From: Candidatus Bathyarchaeota archaeon
Lineage (GTDB): Archaea > Thermoproteota > Bathyarchaeia > Bathyarchaeales > WUQV01
Direction: 5' to 3'
Assembly: GCA_021158125.1 (NCBI GenBank)
Contig: JAGGVF010000006.1
Span: forward strand, 50,938 to 114,937
Length of the DNA: 64,000 bases
The notes beneath the pieces were generated by a model. That model saw only the letters and a list, made by a program, of their open reading frames with translations, was not told where the DNA came from and made no database searches. Below, one piece after another: positions 63,802 through 64,000 of the stretch. Numbering within the stretch: the first letter of the stretch is position 1; every line of letters starts with the position of its first letter. The translations under genes and the position numbers were made by a program.

Positions 63802-64000
63802 CTAAACAATTATCAGCGTATATGAGAGTAGATAAATTGCAATAAATATGGCTCCGGCCTTTTTATCTATTTTTTTCCTTGCTGCAAGAGTGAAAATGAC
63901 AGCTAAAGAAGCAATTATAGTGTAAAGAGTTGTGATTTCTGCAATTTCGCTGGAAACTGCTTGGGGGAAGAAAAATTGACCTATTCCTATGGAAAGACTT
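63802..64000 (-). CDS. C-terminal part of a membrane protein (possibly a cation antiporter type); 5' end outside the window
   Basis: Reverse frame reads ...SLSIGIGQFFFPQAVSSEIAEITTLYTIIASLAVIFTLAARKKIDKKAGAIFIAIYLLSYTLIIV then stop. The family guess is weak. Confidence 0.4.
   Translation of the reverse strand, partial: SLSIGIGQFFFPQAVSSEIAEITTLYTIIASLAVIFTLAARKKIDKKAGAIFIAIYLLSYTLIIV

Noticed and set aside
1-64000. Search for CRISPR arrays or cas genes
   Set aside because: I saw no series of regularly spaced 25-40-nt direct repeats anywhere. The only Cas4-like motifs belong to the nuclease domains of the AddA/AddB-like proteins.

Overview
AT-rich archaeal chromosomal window. Both flanks carry core housekeeping genes. 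Left: aIF5A, NAD kinase, Nob1, a radical SAM protein, aIF1A. Right: uridine phosphorylase, PhoU-like regulator, PolD small subunit, Orc1/Cdc6 next to an ORB-type replication origin, NurA-HerA, aminotransferase, nitrilase plus NadE, Elf1, GGGP synthase, PolD large subunit, ArsR/PadR regulators, MazG. PolD, Elf1 and an intron-containing tRNA suggest a non-crenarchaeal TACK-type lineage, but this is inference only. From about 7.78 to 43.06 kb lies a roughly 35-kb integrated element. It is bounded by a 34/35-nt direct repeat that includes the 3' end of tRNA-Ser(CGA). It carries three tyrosine recombinases and a dense defence-type cargo: (1) a DpnII-like type II R-M system with a candidate RHH controller; (2) two PUA/EVE-like proteins, one fused to a PD-(D/E)xK-like domain; (3) an AddB/AddA-like helicase-nuclease pair coupled to a frameshifted Ski2-like helicase with a SWIM finger; (4) a BlaI/BlaR1-ABC-HtrA cassette with shared palindromic operators; (5) a Zn-ribbon dCTP-deaminase-like gene; (6) an HExxH metallopeptidase pair; (7) a two-gene cassette of a wHTH/unknown-domain protein plus a full-length but apparently catalytically degenerate prokaryotic Argonaute. 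The pAgo cassette and the three-gene helicase-nuclease module are the best candidates for an undescribed system. I saw no rRNA gene and no CRISPR array. All family calls rest on motifs read by eye; no database search was possible.
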